Shown one piece after another: positions 1 to 11,189 of a stretch of 64,000 bases of DNA (the stretch's first letter is position 1; the number at the start of each line of letters is the position of its first letter). The stretch is from Ministeria vibrans ATCC 50519. Lineage: Eukaryota > Protista > Filasterea. Both the position numbers and the translations under genes were made by a program. The stretch covers positions 74,567 through 138,566 of the forward strand of contig CALSCP010001345.1 of assembly GCA_943704425.1 (NCBI GenBank), in the 5' to 3' direction. The notes beneath the pieces are model-generated. The model saw nothing but the letters and a program-made list of their open reading frames with translations, was not told where the DNA came from and searched no databases.

Positions 1-92
<92 letters not shown>

Positions 93-316
93 GAATAATA
101 ATAAGAAGAAGAAGAAGAAGAAGAAGAAGAATAATAATAATAATAATAATAATAATAACCAAATAAATGGGTTGTATTCTTCTTCTTAATTAATAAATGG
201 GTTGTATTCTTCTTCTTCTTCTTCTTATTATTATTATTATTATTATTCTTCTTCTTCTTCTTCTTATTATTATTATTCTTCTTCTTCTTCTTCTTCTTAT
301 TATTATTATTCTTCTT

Positions 317-347
<31 letters not shown>

Positions 348-348
348 A
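1..348. repeat. Compound microsatellite (AAT)n/(GAA)n followed by (CTT)n/(ATT)n, inside an intron
   Basis: Directly visible. A duplicated spacer AATAAATGGGTTGTATTCTTCTTCTT at ~162 and ~192 separates the two halves. The intron acceptor TTTAG ends at 393. Confidence 0.95.
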
Positions 349-393
349 TAATTCATCCGTGACTTTTAAAAACAATTAATACTTATACTTTAG

Positions 394-2772
394 TGAACGA
401 GTCGAACGTCATGGCGCTGCTCTCAAAGCAATCAAGCTTGCAAGAGACGTACAGAAAGCAGATGTGCTTGCTCGTTGTGCTTGCAGCGCACACAAACACT
501 GAGATTCTCTTCCGCTGTTGTCCCCCCCTGTCGCTTGTCCTTGCACTCACTACATTTTCCACGACACACCCAGTCTGGGATCAACTAACTCCGATTTCTG
601 TTCACTGCCTCACTCGTGTCCTCTTGGTTTGTTTTGCAAAATAGAAATGATCACGTACGAGTAATAGTTTGTTTCTAGTCGGCGGTCACGCAAATTCGTC
701 ACGCCTCACCACGATTTCCGTTGCCACGGCCTCTTGCAAGCGCCCTTCAGTCTACTCAAAGCCACACACAACATGCGTTCTACTTTGAGTCGCTCCTCTG
801 TGCCCTAGATTTCTATCTTGCAGACGATTTTCAGACCGATTTTCGGATCGATATCGTAATCAATGACGCTAATTGCTCTGCACCATTCATCAGACCGTTG
901 CTTTGATTGATCCTGGTACATATTTTTTTTAGCTTGCGCTTGTCTTACAACAGATGGAGGGCAGTCGCACGCCACTGGATGTATTCCTGAAAACTCAAAT
1001 AGATCCTTCCGTTCTTATTGACTATCTCCTGGTACAAATTAAAGCAATAACGTATTATATATATAAAAAAAAGCATTGAAGTTGATAGAGTTTTTAGGCG
1101 GTGTGTGCTCGCAGTCCTCTCCCCCATGCTCTCGAGGCACTCAAGATTCTTGCACGCCACCCTACCATGCTTTTTCGCATGAAGCAGCAGTCACAGAGCA
1201 TTATCACACTGCGAAACAACATCGCATCGTTCCTGGCGTCGTCTTTGAATGCGTTATCACCACTGGCTGGTGAGTTAAACTGACGAAAAACACCACAAAT
1301 GCCATAATAATAATTTTTATTTATTATCCGTTTTAGATCCACTTTTTTTTCTGACGCAACAAATGATTGAATCTGGAACGGAAATGACTTCTAGCCTTGT
1401 TCGAGGAGGTCATAATTATTCAAAACAAATTAATAATAATAATAATAATAATAATAATTACCATTATTATTCTTCTTATTACTCTAATCATTATTTTTAA
1501 ACGTCAATAATTATTATTAATTTCCTGTGATTTTCGATGCAGTTCTCAATACCTTCCTCGCTTATGACGACTCTTCATCTGCACCCATTGACGCTGCCAT
1601 TTTGGTGCTACTGGCACTGGTCAACGACGCGTTTTCCTCAGCCATTCGTAAGACGAAAACAACATGAGACAGTCGTAATTCTTTATTTCAGTCGTCGACG
1701 CGCTTTGGAAAACGCCCGACTTTCTTCAAGCGCTCACTCAAATCGAAGCGCAAGAGTCGTCAACGACAACCCCCAAAGGACCCTCAACAATGGCTAGCCA
1801 CAATCGTCATTTGCTGCTTTCCAAGCTGCTTCTCGCGTGCATGCGTCGTGGCACCGATGCTCGCTCAGTCGAAAGCGAAGAGAAGCCTCTGGTTGTCCTT
1901 GATGTTCACCATCTTGTGACCCTCCTCCGTTCCGGATCTGCCTCTACCCTTCATGGTGTACTTGCTGCTCTTCATTACTTGACAGTGGGTGCCCTCCCTG
2001 TGTCCTCACCTCTCTTGCGGGTGGTTTGTGCCAACGAGACGGCAAATGCGAAGAAAATGGGAAAATGGGTCAGGTGCAATGCTTTCAACATCTACTCGGC
2101 GCAATGGGAAGAGATTATGGTGCTATTGCTTGGGCACACCGTCAACGTAAGAAATTAAAATGTGCAAAGTAATAAATCGACAACACTTGCAAGACGTCAT
2201 ACTGCATATATATGTCGACCATTTTCATGAGAAAATAACAACCGTAGATTTCCCCAGTTGTGCGGAGCAATGCTCAGCAGACTCTCGCAACCATCTTCAG
2301 CAACACACCGTTACTGATGGACTCAGCAACGCAGCGCACTCTTTCAACATGGGCATCGTATGTCTTTCAATTGCATGTCACTCAGTTTGTCACTGAGCAG
2401 CCTGAAGTGGACGACTATCGCTTCCTTTCCATTGTAAAAAAAAAAAAGTAGAACGGTAATTTCTCGCTCATTCTGTTGTCGCTTAGCTTCTCCCAGGCGA
2501 GGTGGAGCACCGTGGCGCAGACGCAGTAAAAATTTTGATGGAGCCGTTCTTTAAGAGCGTGCGCAGTTCAGGACGTCCTTTGAACATGTCGGGATGTGCT
2601 TTGCTGGAGCAGGTACAAAAACGTTATAAAAATTATAATAATAATAATGCTAAAAATAATAATTATAATTATTATTACTAATAATATTATAATAATTATT
2701 ATTATTAATAATTTTAATGATAATAATATTATTATTATATTTTAGTGTCAAAATTACGGCATGATTTTTTGA
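394..2772 (+). CDS. 3' part of a multi-exon gene for a Leu-rich, probably alpha-helical protein of unknown function (5' end outside the window)
   Basis: GC-richer blocks are separated by GT..AG AT-rich introns and join in frame (e.g. ...IDI|MEGSRTPLDVFLKTQIDPSVLIDYLL|AVCARS...; ...YRFLSI|LLPGEVEHRG...ALLEQ|CQNYGMIF*). Stop TGA at 2770-2772. No family recognised. Confidence 0.6.
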
Positions 2773-3857
2773 TGGCTATGGAAGAAGTCAATTGGAGAAG
2801 AATTAATAAAGAAATTGATATTAACAATCGAACAGGACAAGGGTTAAATCCGTGAGCATGTCTTCTCTTCGTTTGTACAACAATTATTCTAGTTATTATG
2901 GGTGCATCAGTGGGTCTATGAGCTTCTTTTGGGACATTCCTTGGTAATCGGTATCTTCAATATTTTGAAGAAGAAGAAGACTTCCAAGAAGACATTAATA
3001 ATTTTCCAATAATTCATTATCAATAATAATATTAATATTAATTTTGAATTTTTGATCAAATATCAATTGACAATTCGATTCCTCCACTTGCATCGTCTTA
3101 AGACGAGACCTGGTAAGGGTTGCTGTTGAACCATTCTTGTGAAATTTCTTGCATCTTTCATCCGGGAAAGTGACCTTCCCAGGGTGACCGTTCCAAAGGA
3201 GCTCCAAAGGAATGTCTTCTGCCGAACTTCTGCCGCCCCCGAGACGGAAGACTTCCGTCTTGGGCCCTCGCGTGACGTCGTTGCCTGCCCCATTCTCTAC
3301 AAATCCCAATGGAAGAGAGCGCCACTGCACTTTCCCTTAGGAATCGCTGTTAAGTCGCGAAAAAGTCGCGTCTATTATTTTTTGTGTGTGTGTGTGTTTT
3401 TTTTGTTTTTTGTTTTTTGTTTTTTTTTTTTTTTTTTTTTTTCTGCTTTCCTCTCTCTGCTCGCTCAGAGGGTCAATGTCGCGCGTGCTTCCTCGCCATC
3501 GCCGAGATCTTAACTTACTTGTCATTGATGTCATATGTGCTTGTCCAAGTGACCTCTCAATTTGGTCGTTTGACCACTGAAAAGGGAGAACAAAAATATA
3601 AACGATTGTCCTCCAACTTACCTCAGGACTGGTTCGGGACTGAGCCTGTGGGGAGAGGTGGACGCCTGTCTCTCTCGCTCGCTCGTTCCGCTGCCCGCTG
3701 TATATCTCGTTGCGTCTCTGTGCGTTTTATCGTCCTTTTTTTCTATATTATTTTTTTCCTGTGCATATCAAGCACAAATGAAAGGGTGTGGTGTGAACTC
3801 GGTGTGAACTTTTCGTGAACTTCTCTTGTGTGATAAGTCTAGTTCTTCTTTTCTGTT

Positions 3858-4342
3858 ATGGACTCTTCTTTGCAGACCATGTGTGTCCTTGCTCTCTGTG
3901 TCATGATCGCTGTTGCGAACGCCGCCTTCAACCGCCTGCAGGTCGAGATTTACTGCTCGAACGCCGTGAATGGAATCAATTGGGAAAATGGTGACGAGGG
4001 TGCCGCAGATGAGTATCAGCGTCGCTCCTGCACACAGCTCGCGACCAACATGTTCTACTGCAAAACCGACCTGTTCACGTCGAGCACCAGCACCGACTCG
4101 TCGTCGTACCTTGTTCACGGCTCTCCGGGAATCATCAACGTGAGTCACACTCCAGTCACACAAACATTACACAACTTATAATTCTCTCTCTATTTTTTCA
4201 GCCTAAAATTGAAGACATCGACACGGACACGTTTTCGGTTCGCAATGTGCCAGACTCTGGTGAGCTGGGCGTGGGTGGAACCGTTTCTCTCAATGGCGCA
4301 ACGTGCACAGTGCTCACCGCCCGAGCCACAATCATCAACTAA
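3858..4342 (+). CDS. Small secreted Cys-containing protein (~140 aa), unknown function
   Basis: Signal-peptide-like MCVLALCVMIAVANA. One intron at 4140-4201 (GTGAGT..CAG) joins in frame to PKIEDIDTDTF...TARATIIN*, TAA 4340-4342. Confidence 0.75.
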
Positions 4343-4983
4343 ACGGCTGTATACACTTCGTATACCCACGACTATTAAGATGAATTAAAAAGAAGAGAAC
4401 GCATTTCCTAACTTGTTATGACTCAACTTCATTCATTCTCTCTTTTCACGCACCCACCCACACACACATACACACACACACATAATCTCAAAAGACATCA
4501 TTATCGCTCCAGTGCCGCCACGAAACCACCACCGTTCATTTAAAATAAAATTTAGCAACAGCCCAGGGACAACGCTGAACGTTATCGAATAACGGCCGCC
4601 AACAGCTCTCATGCAAGACTTGCATACTTCTCAAACTTGTTTGCTGTCATCAACTGACAAGCCTCGTCAAGTTGTTCCTCCTTCCACTTCTATAGCCAAC
4701 TTGATATTTCTTCTTCCTTCTTCCACTGCTGTTAATTCGGAGTTATTTGTCTCAACTGATTCCGTACGCATCTAATTAGTATCGCGCAGAAACCATTGCT
4801 ACCATTGACTCATGGCTAAACCCCGCCGGCCCACCGCTGGGCGCCTAGGCCATCTTGTGCTTGACCATGCACGCGTACGTTTCAAGTTGATTTTGCTGGA
4901 TTGAATAATAATTATTAGTAATAATTCAAACGAAAAACTATCATCAAAATTAATATTAATAATTTTTTTATAATATTTAATCA

Positions 4984-6666
4984 ATGTCAGTGCCTCCTTC
5001 ATCAAATCTTGGCTACATTGGCGAGCCTATCTTTGACACGAGTCCTCACGTTCTCACGTCCAGTATTGCCCAAGATGTCGTCCACAATCCCAATCACCAT
5101 GGTAACCATTTTTGATGCACGCATTTCAATACAGAAACTGCGGGTGGTCCAGGCGAGCGGGCCAAAGGAAAGCAAATGGTAGCATTAGGCAGCGGCCCAC
5201 CCAAAGGACAACTGCCAAGGTGAGCATCTCACGATGGAGACAAAACCAAAAATCCAATTCATTAAGTGCCTATTCGTAGCGCCACCGCTCTTGACCGCAC
5301 CTTCGTGAGAGTATTCGAGGGTGAGGCCTACCAAAATCCCCAAGACGAAGAGAGAAAGTCGCGGCGAAAGGCCAAGGTTCGAAATGAGACACACACAATC
5401 GCAAGACGTACTATATGTAATGACAAACACATGTTTGAATTCTCAGAAAAAGAATCTCGCGGGGCCCTTCCGACCAGCCGGAGGAGCACCCAAGTCGAGT
5501 GGCAAGGGCTCAGACTATGGCACAATTGGTAGCGACAAGCGCAAATACTTTTCGCCCGAGTTTGCGGGACAGGCACGCCGCAGTCGTAAACCACGACAAA
5601 TGCTCGGTGGTCGGGGAGGCGGAACCCTCTCCGAATATCCCTCGCACGGCACTGACGGTTATGAGCTTGACCGTGTCGTTGCAAAGGTTAACATACATAT
5701 CATTAGTTTGTGTGTGATCGCACGTTCAGTGCACGTAGAGCTTAATTATAATTAGTGTGTTTACTGTGTATATACATGTGTATGGTGTGTCTAGTACAAT
5801 ATGTCTGTATGTGTCTATGTGTTTAGTACATATAATGCGGACGTCACTCATGTGTTGACTTTCACAGGCTGAACGGCGACGCAAAAAGAGTCGCAATGTG
5901 AGTGACAAACCATTCACTAAAGACCACGCACGGGATGTGTTCGACACAAATCCTTTTAAAGAGCCTCCGGGTCCCACCTACCGTCGTCCCTCCGCCAAAC
6001 CAAAGGTATATAGCAAAGAAAGTATCAAAAAACTTTTGATGACATTGTGTGGCTTTTTTCTTTTAGACTGGCACATTCCAACCGACAAACCCATCGCGCA
6101 CGGGCACAATTGGCCCGTACCCATCGCACTCAGCAGACGCATACAACGACAAGCCCATGAAGCTGCGCTCCACTACATCTACCACCGATCGCGACACAGG
6201 GGTGTTCCGCCCCACCTGCCCTGCTAAAGAGACGCCAACGCCCTCTGTGCTCCGCCGCAACGTCGACAAAGACGCAAAGACCCGCAAAGGTTGTCGATCC
6301 ACAACAACTACAACAGCAACAACAACAGCAGGCGCGACTGAGAAAAGCTCAGTCAGCGAAAGGCCCTCGGCTGTACCCAACACGACAAAGACAACAACCG
6401 CCAGTTATGATAAAAGTCGCACCACAGCCAAAGTGGTCTCGTCCCACCACACCGTCACCGCCACAACTGCACATCCCATCCCATTTGCCACAGCCTCCCA
6501 CTCCCTCCGCACTCGTACACTCCCTCCTTCTCTTTCCGCAACCCACAGTCGCTCCTACGCTTCTGTTACCATGACAACGCACTCGGTCGTCCCGTCTTTA
6601 CCTGCACTTCCACCGCCTATCACGCACCGCCATATCTCAACGACCATCAGCAACCTCACTCATTAA
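4984..6666 (+). CDS. CFAP96: Cilia- and flagella-associated protein 96 / C4orf47 (DUF4586) homolog with a Thr/Ser-rich tail
   Basis: Six exons (4984-5101, 5135-5219, 5280-5376, 5447-5686, 5868-6005, 6067-6666) join in phase. Motifs FVRVFEGEAY, KKNLAGPFRP, GKGSDYGTIG, RDVFDTNPF and PYPSHSADAY match human C4orf47 as recalled (FVRIFEGEGY, KKNLGKAFLP, GLGSYYGTIG, RDYFDANPY, PYPSHSADPY). Confidence 0.88.
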
Positions 6667-6757
6667 TAATAATAAAAAATTAGTATTATATTATTACTAT
6701 TATTATTAATTGTTCTGGTTATAAAAGGTATATTTAGTACACGCAGTTGAATTGAGT

Positions 6758-8458
6758 TTAGTCGTGCCAGTCAGTGCCATTGAGTGACTGAGAGGAGTCC
6801 TCGCGATGGATTTGGGCGCGACGGGAGTCGAGAGCAGATGAGAGACGCTCGGCCATCGTACTGTTGTTGCTGTTACTGTTGTTGCTGTCGTTGGGAAATG
6901 GAGGCGGGGGAGGGGCCTCGCTAAGAGGACGGAGGGCGGTGGCGCCAGAGCGAATGGAGTCGAGGAGAGCCCGACCGAGGGTGGCGGAAGGGGATGATGG
7001 GGACGAGGGGGAGTCGATGGGAGGAGGTGGGAGGGGCGGGGCGGGAGACTGTGACTCTTGCTGTTGGGCGACTTGTTGGCGGAGGCGTTGGATTTCGTCG
7101 AGTGCTTGTTGGAGCTCCAGCGCGTTGGTGTCGCCTGGTGGTGGTACCGTTGACGGGGGCGGAGGTGGGGGGAGGGGAAGGGTCGATAAAAGAGAGGGTG
7201 TAAGAGGGGGCGGAGGCAGTGAGGCGGGAAAGAAAAGGTCGGGAGGGGGAAGGGGGAGATCTGTTAGGGGAGGGGGAGGAGACGAAGGAGAGCACAGACT
7301 GAAGGCTGACTCATCACCGACGTCAAACAGGGCGTCGTGAGAGTAGTTGGTGGGTGTAACGAGAAGTTCGGAGGAAGCGTCGTGCAAGTTGCTGTGCTCA
7401 ATGACTTCTTCGAGGTCGTCTATGGCGTCGATAGAGGGTGGACGGTCGGTGGTGGCTTGTTGGAGGCGCGCAAGAAGAATGGTGCGAGGAAGGGATGCTG
7501 AGGAGGAGGGCGAGAATGAAGAGGAGGAAGAGGAAGTCGCGCCGGTGGTGGACGAGGCACAGGTTGAATTGGACGTCAGACTTGCAGTGCTTGTCGAGTT
7601 GTGTGCAGAGAATTGCAATGGTAATGAGGGAGGTAGAGGTGGAACCGCAGCGGCAACAACAGCCACGTTTTCTACTCCTCGTTCGCCCTCTTCCTGCGTC
7701 TCTTGCTCCTCCTCCTCCTCCTCGTCGTCGTCGTCGTCGTCGCTCATGGCGTCAATTGGAGGGAGCGACGAGGGACGATTGGACGAGGCATGAACGAGTC
7801 TGTCGATACTTGCTGGCCGCGGACGACGGGTGCCAGGGTCTTCGTTGATGGCCATGGCGGAGGTGCGGTCGAGGGGCGGGGGCATGTCAACGTCGTCGAA
7901 TGAGATGGCAAAGGCAGATGTGGAGTCGCGCGAGAGCGCTGGTGGAGCACTGTCGTCGATATGCCCATCGTATGAGATGGCAAAGGCAGACGTGGAGTCG
8001 CGCGAGAGCGCTGGTGGAGCACTGTCGTCGATATGCCCATCGTATGAGATGGCAAAGGCAGATGTGGAGTCGCGCGAGAGCGCTGGCGGCCCGTCTCGGG
8101 TGGCGTCGCTGCCGCCATTCGTTAGAACGGTGCATTGTGTAGGGCTGCGAGCCACGGCAGGGTCCATCGCGAGGTCGGATGGGCGGTAATCGGCAGAAGA
8201 CGAACATGCCGTTGATGAGCTTTTTTTGGCGTCGGCTTGTGCGGGCACCACCGAGGCTGCAGGGGCCGCGGGGACGCCGGCAGGCGGTGGAGGCAGGGCC
8301 AGGGCGGGCGGGGGACGGCGGTGGACGACGGTCGTGCCGCGGTGCCCTTGGCGGATCGACGGCGAGTCGGCCGGACGACTGCGCTTCACCACGGCGTGCG
8401 CACGCTGCGACACCGCATCAAACACCACCTTGGTCTCACTAATGACCTTTTCAATCAT
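6758..8458 (-). CDS. Proline-rich protein ending in a WH2-central-acidic (WCA/VCA) module; putative Arp2/3 nucleation-promoting factor
   Basis: Intronless ORF from ATG 8458. Contains poly-Pro tracts, a short coiled coil, WH2 GRALLDSIRSGATALRPL, C-helix MAERLSSALDSRRAQI and a terminal DWHD* with the conserved Trp. Confidence 0.75.
   Translation of the reverse strand: MIEKVISETKVVFDAVSQRAHAVVKRSRPADSPSIRQGHRGTTVVHRRPPPALALPPPPAGVPAAPAASVVPAQADAKKSSSTACSSSADYRPSDLAMDPAVARSPTQCTVLTNGGSDATRDGPPALSRDSTSAFAISYDGHIDDSAPPALSRDSTSAFAISYDGHIDDSAPPALSRDSTSAFAISFDDVDMPPPLDRTSAMAINEDPGTRRPRPASIDRLVHASSNRPSSLPPIDAMSDDDDDDEEEEEEQETQEEGERGVENVAVVAAAVPPLPPSLPLQFSAHNSTSTASLTSNSTCASSTTGATSSSSSSFSPSSSASLPRTILLARLQQATTDRPPSIDAIDDLEEVIEHSNLHDASSELLVTPTNYSHDALFDVGDESAFSLCSPSSPPPPLTDLPLPPPDLFFPASLPPPPLTPSLLSTLPLPPPPPPSTVPPPGDTNALELQQALDEIQRLRQQVAQQQESQSPAPPLPPPPIDSPSSPSSPSATLGRALLDSIRSGATALRPLSEAPPPPPFPNDSNNSNSNNSTMAERLSSALDSRRAQIHREDSSQSLNGTDWHD
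7902..8087 (-). repeat. Coding 72-nt tandem repeat (~2.6 copies; PPALSRDSTSAFAISYDGHIDDSA)
   Basis: Units start at 7902, 7974 and 8046 on the + strand and are near-identical. Confidence 0.95.
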
Positions 8459-8593
8459 CAGAAGAATAAAAATAAAAATCAATGAGATGATTGAGAATTT
8501 GAGATCGGACTTTGAGTAAAAAATAAATTGCGACAGTCGAAGTTTCTATTCATTCACTTTTTCTTTTTTGATCTTCCTCGCATTTGCCATCGG

Positions 8594-11149
8594 ATGACGA
8601 GCCTTCCCTGCTCGCGTGCGTGGTGGTTCAGTCGACCGTCGGATGCGCCGGCGAAGACGCCGTGGGTGCCGTTCAGCCAGGAGGACACGGCGCGGCTGGA
8701 GCAGGCGTACGGGCGGGGGGCGACGGGGACAGTGGCGGTGCGAAGTTCACTGGGCGACGTCGACCTGGCGACGCGCACGTGCACTCCCGCGTACAGCTTT
8801 GCCGGGTACCCTCTCCACGCCGTTCTGCCCGCATGTCCTGACCGTTAGCCTGTGTGTGTGTGTGTTTTTTTTTGTCTTTTGTTAGTACGTCGGAAGTCGT
8901 CCAGCGCAGCTTCTGGTTTCAGGGCGCACTGCGTCCCGGCGACCACGCCAACGTCGACAAGGCGTCCAAGCTCGTGCCCGTCGACGAGATCCTTGGCGAC
9001 ATCCTCGAGCAGGTCTTCTATCAGCAGCTGTGGCTTCAAGCGCCTCCCAAGCCCACTTCGTCGTCTGCGTCCGTTTCCCTCGACAAGGACCCGCGCGTTG
9101 TGCGTCTCCCCGAAATCCCGGGTCACAAAAAGCGCTACCTGATCGTCTTCTATGCCATCGATGACATTCTCCTTGTGCCCGACGATCTTCTCACGCAGAC
9201 AAGTTCCAATCTGGTCGGACTGCGTGTGCGCGGCGAGCCGCTCACTCGCTCAAGCGAGTACGCCCCTCTCATCTGTGCAGCGCCCGTTGGCAATGCTGAA
9301 GCACCCATGCGTCACCTGGTACTCTTTGTGCACGGTATTGGCCAGCGCTACTTTGCCAATCTCGAGACGGAGGTCACCACCATGCGCACCATCATGGAAG
9401 AGATGTACGCCGAGCACTTTGGGCCAATCTGGTCGAAGCAGCGCTTGCAACTTCTCCCAGTCGAATGGCGCTCGGACCTTGCACTCTCTTCCATCAAAAC
9501 AACTCTTCCAGAGGGGGTCAATGAAGGTCCAAAACATAAGACCCCCCCCCAAAAAAAAAAATACACTCAATGTTGTCCGTGTTTTTTTATTTTATTTTTA
9601 CAGGTAACAGTGCGACTATTGAAGACCTTACACTCCCAGCCTCGGGATCACTCCGCCGCGCTGCCAATGATATTCTTTTGGACATTCTCTACTACACTTC
9701 GTCACGTCACTGTCAGCTCATTGTGGATCATCTAACAGATACTCTCAATCGCACTGTCGAAACGTTTCTCTCGCGTCACCCAAACTTCACAAAGGTACAA
9801 ACGCAAACAAAAAAGAAAGCGACAGAGTGAGAGAGTGGGTGGTACATTGTATGTGGATGTGTTTGTGTGTGTTTGTGTGATTCTCCTATCCCTTTTTGGG
9901 TAGTACAATTTGTACTGTGTGTTTTTCGTCACTAGTCTTTTCTAATCACGAACTATTTTCTTTTCAGGACGGCGGAAAAATATCAATTGTCGGCCACTCG
10001 CTAGGTTCGGTGCTGAGCTTTGACATTGTGAGTCATCAAAAGTACCTTTCGGCGGATGGCACAGAGTCCTATGCGCGCGACGAATCCGACGACATTCGTG
10101 CACTGCGCCTGAAGATTGACGAGCTTCAACGTCTGCTGGCAGAGAAGGAACGCGCTCAACAGCAGCAAGCGGAGGCAGCGCCCGTCTGTCCAGAGACGTC
10201 ACTGCCCGAATCACTGCGCGACCAACTCAAGGCCATTCATCGAGACAAACCCATTCACTACCGTCCACTCACCTTCCACACGCACAACCTGTACCTCGTT
10301 GGCTCCCCCGTTGGACTCTTCCTCGCCCTTCGCGGCGCCACCGTCGGGCCCAGTGGCACCTACGCGCCCCTTTGCGACAACTTCTTTAACATCTTTCATC
10401 CATACGATCCCATTGCGTACCGTATTGAGCCCATTGTTTCCCAATCACTGGCCGCAACGAAACCCTTTTGTGTTCCGCATCACAAAGTACCTCCTTTGAA
10501 AGAGAGAAGAGAGAGAGGAGGGTGATAGAAACAACATGATAGAGAGGGACCGAGAGGAGAAACAAAGTGATAGAGAAAACAAATAGAGAGAGGAGGGTGA
10601 AAGAAACAACATGATAGAGAGGGACCGAGAGGAGAAACAAAGTGATAGAGAAAACAAATAGAGAGAGGAGGGTGAAAGAAACAAAGTAGTGGAGGGAAAA
10701 ACAAACAAACGACACTGATATATCCCATTCAATTTTCTTTTTTTTTGTTTTAGAGTCGGAGTGGCAAGCGAGTGCACTATGCCGTTGACGATGCCATCCA
10801 GAAGGGCAAGAAGCTCTTTAGCAACGTGTCTGCCTTCTGCCGCCAGGCCTCGCGTTCCGTCGTTGCTTCTGCCTCGGAGTCCTCGACAGAAAAAGACGCA
10901 GAACATGATGTTGAACAACAGAAAAAAGCGCTGTCTCGCGCCACAGACGAACAACTCGCTCCATTCAACTCCTTTCATCGACTGGACTTTGCGCTGCAAG
11001 AACCCATGGGAGCAAATGCGTACGTGGGCGCACTTGGCGCGCATGTCTCGTACAATTCGTCAAAGGACACCTGTCTGTTCATTCTCGCTCAGCTGTTCCC
11101 GCAAGTGTCAGCTTCCAAACCAGAAAGTGAGACCGCTGACGAACAATAA
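8594..11149 (+). CDS. Intracellular phospholipase A1, DDHD family (DDHD1/DDHD2/SEC23IP-like), with a WWE-like N-terminus
   Basis: Multi-exon. Motifs WVPFSQED..LEQAY, HLVLFVHGIG, LPVEWR, DILLDILYY, lipase GHSLG, NIFHPYDPIAYRIEP and RLDFALQE..AHVSY. Confidence 0.92.
10511..10690. repeat. Intronic 75-nt minisatellite (~2.4 copies)
   Basis: GAGAGAGGAGGGTG starts at 10511, 10586 and 10661, in the last intron of the DDHD gene. Confidence 0.9.
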
Positions 11150-11189
11150 AAGCAACCAGAAAAAAAAATCTTTTGCTTTACTTTCTTGT

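Noticed and set aside
190-379. Poly-R/I/L ORFs (also 27643-28075 and 57257-58262)
   Set aside because: These are translations of microsatellites in introns or intergenic DNA.
2995-3770. Possible minus-strand spliced gene
   Set aside because: GTAAG-type donors are present, but I could not build a consistent ORF with a start or recognise a product.
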